Positions 11,291 through 22,702 of a stretch of 64,000 nucleotides of DNA are shown here, piece after piece. Under the pieces are notes generated by a model that made no database searches, was not told where the DNA came from, and saw only the letters and a list, made by a program, of their open reading frames with translations. The stretch lies in the NCBI GenBank assembly GCA_964270895.1, contig OZ185441.1; one strand, 5' to 3'. The first letter of the stretch is position 1; each line of letters starts with the position of its first letter. The position numbers were made by a program, and so were the translations under genes. This stretch comes from Podarcis filfolensis. Its lineage: Eukaryota.

Positions 11291-14145
11291 TTTAAGTCCT
11301 CTATGCCAGCTTCAAAGCCATTGATTGCATTTGTCCATTGATATAATTTCCTCCTGACCATGCTACTCATCCATAGGAGAGGGTGAGGTTTCGATCATAC
11401 AACTTTTGCTTGCAATCTCAAATAATGCAGTCACAGGAACTCTGTGCCACATTACTTATTTGTGACAACAGACTCTGATTTCCAGGAGTCTTGTTGGTGA
11501 GCAGGTACCTTTCAGGATATGAGCACAGAAGCATGACATTATAACTTGAAGACTGATATCGATAATAGACCAGTAGGATTTTAATACTTTTTTAAAACAC
11601 AGAAATTCAAGATAAATATCAATTATCTTGGTTCATGAGTGTCTAGTGAAAAAAAGAAGGAGAAGTGTTCTTTGAGGGTACATTCTCACCAATCACCCTA
11701 ACTAATTCAGTTTCTACTGGCTTTTTTTTTTTTAACCTAGTACACAACATAAATTAATCTCTGGCGTTAAGAATATAAAAGTCACCATGTTTCTTGATAC
11801 AACTGTTCTCTACTGCAAGGAAATTGTGTGTTTTGCCTAAAGATTAGGCATAGTTGTAGAGAACTGTTAGCTTTTATATTTCCAAAAATTGGCAATATGC
11901 TACAGCATGTTACTTCAGCCCTAGCTCAAATGAGAGAGAGAGAATGGCATTCTTGGAAGGGCTTATTACTATGATTTCTACCAGAAGCCCAGAGAGCTAT
12001 TTCCTCCCCATCACAGTAGCCTGAATAGTGTCATTTTGACAGCCAATGTCTTTCACAAAAGCTTCAGGAAATCACCAGGACATGAGTGTTGAAGGGCAAG
12101 CCAAAAACATGCTCAAGTATTCTTTGACAGGGCAGTCACTGGAATAAAAAATGACTCATTCTGACACTACCAGGTGCTGAGTTGTTTGAGGTTATGCAGA
12201 CATGTGTGTTTAAACACTTAAAAACACACACACACATACACCACAAATTGCTTTTGTTAAGTATGAATCAGTTGAACATGACATATTCTGGCAGGCTGGC
12301 AGTGACTAAGCCATGGCACAGGCAGAGAAGGGTTAAAGTGAGTTTTTCATACTTGTTTTGGAATTCTGACCATCTCTCTGTTTGTTTCAGGATCTAGGAA
12401 ACTTGTTTTGTGCAACTGAACCTTTGCCTGAGGATTCAAGGATCATAAAGTAATGAAACATATAGATCATTTACGATAGGAAGAAAAATCGCTGAGTTCA
12501 AAGTCTCAAATTGCCTTCTGATTTTTTTGAAGGTTTTTTTGCTCTCTCTCTCTCTCTCCCACCCCCCGAGCTGTAGCCAGGAAGCAAAAGACATTTTCTA
12601 GCCTTTCTTTATCAGCAAAATGAAGAGATGAAAATCTTCTGACGACATTCTAGGAAAGCCAATTTAGTATTTCTGATGCAAAAAAAATAAAAATTAGGGC
12701 ATTTTTTATATCTTGCACTCTTCCTTTCTTAGATTCTGTGTCTGTCTGTCTGTCTTTCTAGCTATTTGTTTATTTTATTTATTCATTTATTTATTTAGTG
12801 AAGCCTATGTTATCCTTCCCCAAAAGTGGTCATAGGCTGGTTTACCAAAAAGCCCCCAAGGTTAATATAAATACAAATTATACGGAAACATTAAAACAAT
12901 ACTATACTATAACAATACTAAATAACTAACATCATTTTTTGATATGGTTGACATTAAAAAGAGATCTATTAATTAGAAGCTTTTAGATTATTTGAGAGGA
13001 GGAAAAAAAGAGGTTAAATTTGTTCAACCACTTGTTAAATTGGATTCTCTCAGCTTTAGCTTAATCTGTAGTATGGAAGACTATAGTATGCCTATCAGCA
13101 TATTCAATGCCACACTAAATAGGCCTCTAGTCTGACTTGCACGTGTCCCACTGCCTTCCCCTGGGAAAACCTGATTTTTAATCACCCGCCAAGCTTTAAA
13201 GCCAAGTCGTGCCTTATCCTTTCTCTCAAGAATCTCTGTTACTGCATAAATGTATATGCCTTTTCCCAGGTGGGACCAGTGTTAGAAACTGCGATATGAA
13301 AGCTAGGAGCTAAATGGCACCTTAAACCTAGGTTATGGGCACAATAACAGAATGTCTAGATGTACTTTTTTTATAACAAGAACAGTATGCTGAAAATGAA
13401 TGTACTGCAGCTAAAATATTATGCTCATTTTTCACATGGTCTACTCCTTCCCCTGCCCACCCCTCTAATATTCTTAAGAGGGTCTCTTCTCCAGTCTTCA
13501 GAGAGCAGCTGGAAGTGGACAGGCAGAAAAAGGTCCCCCTTTCCTTCCACTCTGCAGTTTTAATCTGAAATCTTAGGCTCAGTACTGCGCCCAGAGCTCA
13601 GAAACTGCTCGCATTTATGAAATTCCCTGTCGCAAAATGCATCTAGAACAGTGGGAGTTTTGATCACTGGGTGGGACACACCTTCTCCTCTGAATCCTCT
13701 TTCTCCTACAAAGGACGGGAGGCAACTGGGATTCAAGCCAGATCTATTCTGAGGGAGGCAAGAGCTCCCATTTGTTCTAGATTCTCTGTCCCATTCCTTC
13801 CTGTCTTCCTTCAAAGTCTGCCATCCCAGGTCTGAGCCCAAAGGAGCCAAGGGAGACATGGCTATTTCCTACTATATATTTTCCTCATTTCTGTTCTAAT
13901 ATCCATGTCTGATTCGTGCCCCAGGCCACAGATTTTCCCCCCACACTGGAACAGTTTGCATGTTCAGAGCTGCATGTAAGGATAGGCATGTTCTGCTGTG
14001 GAACAGATTCTTGGTAGGGTTTAGAGGAGGGGAGGAAGTTACATTGGTTCAGAAATCTCCAAGCTTCTTATTTTTTAAAAAAGATACAGGGGTATATAAT
14101 GTAATTTATCAGGAATACTCATCCAGTTGGTAACCTGTCCTTCAG

Positions 14146-14166
14146 GACTAAAAATAAGAGATTTCA
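14146..14166 (+). other. Candidate 21-nt micro-exon (unassigned)
   Basis: Acceptor TAACCTGTCCTTCAG, donor CA|GTAAGT, length divisible by 3, two open frames. Confidence 0.2.
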
Positions 14167-15716
14167 GTAAGTCCATCATTTGGTGAAGGCTGACACTCAG
14201 ATGTGAATGCTGGCAAACTTTGCAGATTTCTGAAGCTAGACTCACATTTCTTCATTTTCCAAACTACACTAGTGAATGCTGACAGACACTGTCAGCATTT
14301 GTCAGTGCTTTCTGTGATTTTTATTTTATTTTTTTACAAAATTTATCTGCGACTATCAACATTCACACACAAAATTTTTTTTTGGGGGGGGGGTTCCCAT
14401 TGCTGCTGCTACCATATGTAGTTTGAAACACATATCCACACACTAGTTTAAGACTAGTCGGGTATCAAATATATTTGTTTTATTCAGAAACACTGGTCAG
14501 AACACAATAAAATCCGCCGTTTCACAGCACCCAGAAAATCTGCTATTGAATAAATGTGTGTATTTTACATTTATAGGTACAAAAGGCACCACATAGACCT
14601 GCTGATATTCCACCATGTATCATTTATTTATTTATTTATTTATATTTTTTTCATGCTTATTACATTAAAAAAACACCACTGAAAAGGGGAAAATAAATAA
14701 AATTCTGCAGGTTTAAAGAAGTGATTACCCCCTCTCTTAATTTAATTAGCATGTTTAAGGGCTAGCTGTGCTAGATGTTCCTTTTTCATTGTGCTTTCTC
14801 TCCATTGTATACTTCAACTTAACCACTGGAATATATTAGTTCTACATATCCATCAGTTGTAGCTGGTTTCACCCATTAACACATACTCTTTCTCTAAGTT
14901 CTATAAAAACTTGACAAATACTTCTCCTTACTTCCTCTATGCATTGAATGCTACTGTTCCCTTTCACTGCTCTTTGCAATCAACCAGATACTTAACAAAG
15001 GGAATCAGGTGAACTGCAAGAAGTTGTATATTAAAGGTGTGTGAATATGATCAAGTGAAAATTAAGCATCCTGAAGATTTCTACTAACTGGAAACTTAAG
15101 CAGGGCTTCACACAGTGATTTGCTATGGCTCCTATACATTTCAGCTGGGTATGTAGAAAAACTCTACGCAGATTGTGACCCATGTCGATTAATGAGAGTG
15201 GAAGCTATTTGGGCACAAGCGTGTCATGGGCTAGGTTCATCAGTCAGATGAAAACAAGCTGTTCCTTTCCATTACATGAAGTGTAAGGGCACCACAGATA
15301 CACCAAACCTGTTTCATACCAGTTGGCAGTCATGTCTTTCCCAAGAAGCATGTAGAATGTAGCTGTGCTTTTTATACGGTGACAATTGCCAGGTTTCCTT
15401 GGTTGGTAACCATCAACATTTATCAGGTTTGATACTAGATTAAAGGTGTCGTCTAGCCAGAGGCATGCCTTCAGTTCAACTTTTCTTGTGGGGAGGGGGA
15501 GAAGGCTTCCCTAACAGGTAGCAAATGTTGCTATTGCTCATTATACTTTGGCAGCAATTCACATACAATGGTTTCATTTGTGGAAGGGCTTCTGACGCAG
15601 TGGAGGTCTCATTCAGTAGAAGGGGAGGAGGGAGTTTTTTTCTTATACCCTCTACACTCTTATTCTCCAACACCACTTTTTTCCAGCCCTTTATGTAGTC
15701 CCTTGCATGTCTATAA

Positions 15717-16080
15717 GGTAAAGGTAAAGGGACCCCTGACCGTTAAGTCCAGTCGCGGACGACTCTGGGGTTGCGGCGCTCATCTTGCTTTACTGGCCGA
15801 GGTAGCCGATGTTTGTCTGCAGACAGTTTCCGGGTCATGTGGTCAGCATGACTAAGCAGCTTCTGGTGAACCAGAGCAGCACACGGAAACGCCATTTACC
15901 TTCCCGCCAGAGCGGTACCTATTTTTCTACTTGCACTTTGACATGCTTTTGAGCTGCTAGGTTGGCAGGAGCTGGGACCGAGCAACGGGCGCTCACCCCA
16001 TTGCAGGGATTTGAACTGCCAACCTTCTGATCGGCAAGCCCTAGGCTCTGTGGTTTAGACCACAGTGCCACCCGCGTCCC
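15717..16080 (-). mobile_element. Sauria SINE, full length (long variant)
   Basis: Complete head and tail; 10-bp TSD ATGTCTATAA at 15707-15716 and 16084-16093. Confidence 0.95.
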
Positions 16081-17184
16081 CCAATGTCTATAAAGTACTA
16101 CTCAAAAAAGAGTCCTTCCAGATCAGACCAAAGACATCCTTTAATCACGGTGGCCAACTAGATGCTCATGGGAAGCCCACAAAGCTCTACCACTGAAGTG
16201 AACTGAAGAATGTGATTTGGAACATATCCTGTTTATTGCATGGAAGAACATATGAGTGGGAGGAGCTCCTATTCCATTTCCCATTCCCACTTACTATTGG
16301 CCCAATTAAATAAGAATAAAAAAGCTTCGTGTGTAAGAGAAGGTAAGGTATTTGGTAGTGACACTTTTGCTGCTTTTCGTTGATTCTATTATCAAGAAGA
16401 TGAAGAGTCTTCCTTTCCAATCAGTTGTTATAACACATTTTGAGTGTGCTATAAAAAGTGTCATTAATCTGAAACTTTAGCAATCTGACAGTGACACTGT
16501 TTCCAGCCTCCTAATTTGCAAAAAGAAGAATGAGAAGGAAAAAAAAAAAAGGAAATTGCACTTGGCTTCATCATAATCTTCACTTTAGTTCCACTCTTGT
16601 CATTTTAGCTGTGAATTCATTGTTTCTTATCCCCATACAATAGAGGCTGCTGTCAAAATCGGCAGTGTTTCCACTCAGGAAAAATAAATCTTTTAAATGT
16701 TTTTCTGCCAATGCTTTTTAGATTATAGTTATTTGAAACTCTAAATGAAGTCCTGAAAGCCTCAATATACCACCAGTGTTGATGATGTTGATCAGCAAAA
16801 CACAATGAACTAAAAGTATTTCACAGATGTTGCTATTGCTAATAAAATCCACATAGGGAGAAGACTGAAAGCATATATAATATCTTATGCCAATCAAATG
16901 AAGCAGTTTTCTTTTCCTTGTTTGAAAAATCAAAAAGGAGAAAAAAAGTCATACATTCCTAGCCCAAATCACCCCCAGGAACAAAGGAGCAATTACTACC
17001 AGTAATCTTTCTTCAATAGCCTTTGCTAATGACCACATCTTACATGGAATGCATGGGGGACAGCCAGGTTAATAAAGACCAGCAGATAATGCAACCTTAA
17101 ATATTTACTCTAAAGGTATTTTATAATTTACAAGATGCATTGTATGAAGCTCGTGCTGTAAGGACAGACCCAGAGATGATTATG

Positions 17185-18560
17185 ATTGATTGATTGATTG
17201 ATTGATTGATTTATCTATTTAATTTCTATACTGACCTATACCCGAAGTTCTCAGGGTGGTTCACATGAAATATCCAATACATAAAATCAAAACAAGACCA
17301 ACAACCCAATAACAACCCCCCCCCAAAAGAACCAGCATTTTTTAAAAGGGTATAAGATGTAGATCAAGTCAGGCAAGGCCTGGTTGAAAAGGAACATTTT
17401 TGCCTGGTGCCTAGGTGTATAGTGAAGGCGCCAGGCAAACTTCCCTGGGGAGAGCATTCCACAGATGAGGAGCCACTGCCAAGAAGGCCCATTCTCATGT
17501 TGCCACCCTCCTGACCTCTCGCAGAGGCACACAATGGGCCTCAGAAGATGATCTCAGGGTCCGGGTAGGTTCATATGGGAAGAGGCAGTCCTTGAGGTAT
17601 TGTGGTCCTGAGCCATTTAAGGCTTTAACCAGCACTTTGAATTGGGCCTGGAAACTAATTGTAGCCAGTACAGTTGGACCAGGATTGGTGTAATATGCTC
17701 AAACCGTCTTGTTCCAGTGAGCAACCTGGCCACTGAATTCTGCACCAGCTGAAGTTTCCAAACCGTCTTCAGGAATCTAACCTTGAGGTTACCAGAGCAT
17801 AGACAACAGTAGTTAGGCTATCCCTGTCCAGATAGGGGCATAGCTGGGCCACCAGTCAAAGCTGATGGAAGGCACTCCAGGCCACTGAGGAGACCTTAGT
17901 CTCAAGCGACAGCAAAGGATCCATGAGTACCCCCAAACTATTTACCTGTTCCTTCAGGGGCAACGTAACCCCATCCAGAGCAGGCAACCTCCCAGCCATC
18001 TGGTCTGAAGAACCACCCACTAACAGTGCCTCAGTCTTATCTGGATTGAGCTTCAGTTTGTTGGCTCTCATCCAGTCCATTACCAAGGCAAGACACTGGT
18101 CCAGCACTTCCACTGCCTCACCTGCAGATGTAAAGGAGAAATAGAGCTGAGTGTCATCAGCATACTGCTGACAACGAACTCTAAACCTCCGGATAACCCT
18201 ACCTAGCGGTTTCATGTAGATGTTAAACAACATGAGGGATAGAATTTAGCCTTGGAGAACCCCACGCTGGAGGTTCCATGGGGCTGAGAAGCACTCCCCA
18301 AGTAACACCCTCTGGGAGCGACCATCCAAGTAGGATTGGAACCACTGCAAAGTGGTGCCACCCACTCCTAGTTCGGAGAGTCGCTCCAGAAGGATACCAT
18401 CATCAATGGTATCGAAAGCCGCTGAGAGGCCAAGAAGAATTAACAGGGACATGTTCCCCTTGTCTTTCTCTTGACAGAGGTCATTGTACAGAGCGACCAA
18501 GGTAGTTTCTGTGCCAAAACCAGGCCTAAACCCCGACTGAAATGGATCCAGATGAAGAAG
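17185..18560 (-). mobile_element. L2-clade LINE, 5'-truncated, with disrupted reverse transcriptase
   Basis: ORFs 18246-18623(-) and 17856-18233(-) encode QSGFRPGFGTET, LSAAFDTID, GVLQG, LFNIYM, QYADDTQLY, KLNPDKTE. The two frames are broken near 18240. 3' UTR ends in (AATC)n at 17185-17211. Confidence 0.93.
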
Positions 18561-19220
18561 GCAACTCTTTTTTGCCCTTTGCCTTGCCTTGGAAGAGGTG
18601 TAATTTATCCTTTCTTTTTTCAAGCCTTTTTCTCATGTTCTCAAAGCTTACATTAACCCTTTCCCTTGTAGCACTATAAGGAATGGCCCATAGGCAACTG
18701 TCAAAAATGAGTCAGCAACCAGGTGTTGAGTCATGGAGACAGAGCCATGGAACAAGAGGGAATCAGAACCAAGAAGCAGGATCTGACTGGAATCAGAGTC
18801 ATGGGTAAGTCAGAGCTGAGTATTTCAGCAGAGCCAGAAAGACCTTGTTGCTCACAAAGGAAGCCTTTCTTTCCTGCCTGCCCAGGAATGTCCGACTCTC
18901 AGTCTGTCCCAAACTGGTCCCCTCCAGAATACAACTCTCACAATCCCAGACCACTGGCTATGCTTGCTGGGGCTGATGGGAATTGTAGTCCAATAACATC
19001 TTGAGAGAACCAAGCTGCAAAAGCTGTCCTAGACAATGCTCTAAACTGCAGTTCTGCAGTTCACCACATGGAGCACCCATCTGCAGTTCCAAAAGTTCCT
19101 AGCTTGAGCTGAGATATGATAACATTGATATAGAATTCACTTTCTACTTAAAGGAAATCCAGGGTCGCTTGAGGTATTCTTTTTCTGCATATTCCAATTT
19201 TCTCACTTCATTCCCTCTAG

Positions 19221-19268
19221 AGAGATTTCCTCTGAAAACAACCATGAAGAAAGAAACACAAGGCCAAG
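19221..19268 (+). other. Candidate 48-nt symmetric exon (unassigned)
   Basis: Long pyrimidine tract plus CTAG acceptor, strong donor AAG|GTAAGA. Open as EISSENNHEERNTRP or RFPLKTTMKKETQGQ; the latter includes ACAACCATG. Confidence 0.25.
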
Positions 19269-19724
19269 GTAAGATTTTAAAGTTGTTTTGTGGCAGAGCA
19301 GAATTGGAGGGCATAGTGGGTTATAGTGGGAAATAAGGTTCAAAAGATAGGATAAATATATAGAGAAAGATAGTTATAAACACACATACACATATGATAA
19401 GGACCGCATATCTGTGCTAGATGCAAAATAAGATAAAAAGTCTGTGCTAGGTTAGAAAAGGGGTGTCACCTTGACAATAATGATAGAAAGCAGAAATTAG
19501 GACCAGATGGCATCTACATTACATCCTAGCCTCTTGTTGATAGAGTCAATTAGGCATATGAATGCACACAAACCTAAGAGCAGGGTGCCATTAACCTAGA
19601 TTTAGCACTATCATGTTACCAGTCAGTCACGGGTCAAGCTTATACAAATAGTCTTGGTAGGAAGATGCATCTCCCCATATAACGAAACGGTGACTCAATC
19701 ACATGAAATGCAATGTCTGGCCAT

Positions 19725-20105
19725 TTGTTGTTGTTTAGTCGTTTAGTCATGTCCAACTCTTCATGACCCCATGGACCAGAGCACACCAGGCCCTCCTGTC
19801 TTTCACTGCCTCCCGCAGTTTGGTCAGACTCATGCTGGTAGCTTCGAGAACACTATCCAACCATCTCATCCTCTGTCGTCCCCTTCTCCTTGTGCACTCC
19901 ATCTTTCCCAATATCAGGGTCTTTTCCAGGGAGTCTTCTCTTCTCATGAGGTGGCCAAAGTATTGGAGCCTCAGCTTCACGATCTTCCCTTCCAGTGAGC
20001 ACTCAGGGCTGATTTCCTTCAGAATGGATAGGTTTAATCTTCTTGCAGTCCACGGGACTCTCAAGAGTCTCCTCCAGCACCATAATTCAAAAGCATCAAT
20101 TCTTC
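19725..20105 (-). mobile_element. Bov-B (RTE-clade) LINE 3' end
   Basis: ORF 19747-20064(-) reads VPWTARR.NLSILKEISPECSLEG..KLRLQYFGHLMRREDSLEKTL.LGK..RRRGRQRMRWLDSV, the typical Bov-B C-terminus. (CAA)n tail at 19725. Confidence 0.95.
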
Positions 20106-20117
20106 TTCAGAGGTACC

Positions 20118-20119
<2 letters not shown>

Positions 20120-20166
<47 letters not shown>
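20120..20166. repeat. (TG)n microsatellite
   Basis: Read directly from the sequence. Confidence 0.95.
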
Positions 20167-20169
<3 letters not shown>

Positions 20170-20629
20170 TTTCTGCTACTTATTTCTTTGGTACCCTGAG
20201 AAAATAATGGAAGATGATACGGAATGGGGCTTTCTCCAACAACGTCATTAAAAGGTTTTGTAGTCATTAGACAAAAAGGTAAGAACACTATTATTGTCTC
20301 CTATATTCTGCAGCTTTCCTGTTCCAGTGACTCAGGCAGCATTTCCCATTTGTATGAAATGTAAGGCAAAGGTTGTAATCTGATTTTAGGCAGATAGATA
20401 GTAGTAGCAGCAGGGACTTATCAGTGGAGGTGGCCTCCTTGGAGAATAGCTTATCCAGGAAACCAAAGCAACTGAGGGAAACTGTCTGTTTAGAAAAGCT
20501 TTTTAAGTAAACAAGCAAACTGATGTATGCTCAAATTGTTTTGAGCAATACAAAAGGTATATATTTTTGCTGATTGTGTAAACACAAGTGGTAGCTTAGC
20601 GACAGATCACATACTTAGTACACAGAAAG

Positions 20630-20760
20630 CTGCTGGCTGAATCCCTGCATTTCTAGGTATGACTGAGAAATATCCCTGTTTGAAATACTGCCATTCAGTG
20701 TAGGATAATATTGAACTAGATGATTGATTACCACTCTGATTTTGTATAAGGCGCTTTCAA
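20630..20760 (+). mobile_element. Old SINE or CR1-type 3' end remnant
   Basis: Motif ...TACTG(A)(G)CTAGATG...TATAAGGC.. recurs near 31290-31370 and 58420-58520. Confidence 0.45.
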
Positions 20761-22534
20761 TTTATATGTTGGTTCTGGTTTATTTTCTGTGTCTTTAAAT
20801 GTTCCTGTTTACACTGATTTGCTGTAGATTTTATTTATTTGTTCTTATATGTGTATGCTACTATAAAGGCCTGCCTGTAGAAGGAGCAGAAATTTTAGAG
20901 TGAATAAACAAATTAGCAACAACAAAAGCCCCCACCAATAAGCTAGTTTTGAAAACGGACAGGTAGTTTTAACTAGGAAAACAAACAGAATAATATGTAT
21001 TGTCCATGCAACGGACAGAGACGTTAGTAAACTATATTTGCTTTTTTAAATACCCTGTTCATACCCCATTCCATTTTCACACATCAACAGCTTCCCAATA
21101 AAATGAAAACATTTTTTCCCCAGCAAAGGGATAACCAAAATAAGATGAGTTCAAAAACTGTATCAGCACTTGCCTATTTCTGTTATGTCAAATTGCTTGT
21201 GTAGATTTGAGCTTTTGCTGCACTCAGTCATGCACAATATGGAAGAATTGATATTTGATGTTTTTATTATGGGAAAGGTGCCTTAGTCGACATCAAGGCA
21301 GAATGCTGTGCTGCACATGACAGAGTGCTATCAAAATCACCTTAAGAAGTTTGGTCAATAACCAGACCAAAAAATTTTAAAAAATAAAAACAGTTTTTGA
21401 AGTGTCTGCATTAGCAGACAGGTTGGGCGGGAGCATGGGGAATGTTCAGTTCTTGCCTCTGATTCATAATTTTACCTTGACCTTGTCAAATTGTAGCTTT
21501 CTCTTTTTTCTCCTTTTTTTATATTAAATATATATATATATGCCAAAAGAGTCAGCATAGATAAAGCATTTACGTCATGGAGTCTGCTTCAAATTTCTCC
21601 CCGTTACAGGCCATTCCATGCCATCCTAAAGTTTGAAGAACATTCATTGTGATGCACACACAAGCGCTGCATAGTTTTTCTGTTTGCATGCAAAATTTAC
21701 AAACAAGAATTGCAAGGATGAGCATGCTAAATACCTTCTCCCAACCCGTGGAGGGTGAAGGTCTAAGTGGGGAGTCTCCTGTGCCTATAGAAACTCTGTT
21801 GGTGTAGAGACTCCCTAGTTCAGACTTGCACCCTCAATGTGGATGATGTGTGGTGAAAATCAGTGCACTTGTACTGTCTGCTTGTGTGTAGCATGGGACT
21901 AATGAACGATTAGGGGTGTTCCTCATTGCTTTGTTCATGAATTTTAAAATTAGGCAGAAGCAAGTTGTTGTTGGTTGTGGTTGTGCAGAATGGGGGAGAT
22001 TATCCCACTGCCAAGTTGACTTTGCCACTTCCTAATTTGCAGAATAGCAGGCGTGAGAGGTGATGATGATTTAAATCATCAACCACATTTTAAAGCCATA
22101 CTCAAGGCAAGATTATGCACATGCGCGCACGCACACACACACTTTCAGTGAACAGTTGTGTATGCCTCAAAAATATTAGGTGTTGGGACAGGTTTACATA
22201 TCTCATGTGCACATCAGCACTTTCTTATCATCATATATAGTGGGGGGGTGTTGGGTTTTTTTTGCATACATACATAACTTCTTGACTTCCCACTCATCCT
22301 TTCCTGATGTTTCATTTTTATTACTCCTTTTCATTAGTTGTTTTAAAACACATCACATCACCGCCTTCTTAAAAGCTTTGCCTAATTAAAAAAGAAGAAA
22401 AAAAGTACTGAAAAGCTGTGTTTTAGTGACTAGTGAAGCAAATTGGCAGGGCCTCTCTGGGTGAAATGTTTTTCAGCTATGGTAAAGCTACAGAAAAGAT
22501 TTTAATGTAAGTACTACACAGTGTTAGTAAGTAC

Positions 22535-22702
22535 TAAACGGTGTTTCCTTGCGCTGCTCTGGTTCTCCAGAAGCAGATTAGTCATGCTGGCCACATGACC
22601 CAGAAGCTGTACGCTGGCTCCCTCGGCCAGTAAAGCGAGATGAGCACCGCAACCCCAGAGTCGGCCACGACTGGACCTAACGGTCAGGGGTTCCTTTACC
22701 TT
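22535..22702 (+). mobile_element. Sauria SINE, 5'-truncated (3' half)
   Basis: Matches the 3' half of the other copies; 10-bp TSD TACTACACAG at 22512-22521 and 22703-22712. Confidence 0.93.

Noticed and set aside
14275-14299. Possible pre-miRNA
   Set aside because: An 11-bp stem with a 3-nt loop is too short, and I could not extend the pairing to a 60-70-nt hairpin.
19763-20251. 162-aa + strand ORF
   Set aside because: Antisense to Bov-B and reading through a (TG)n microsatellite.
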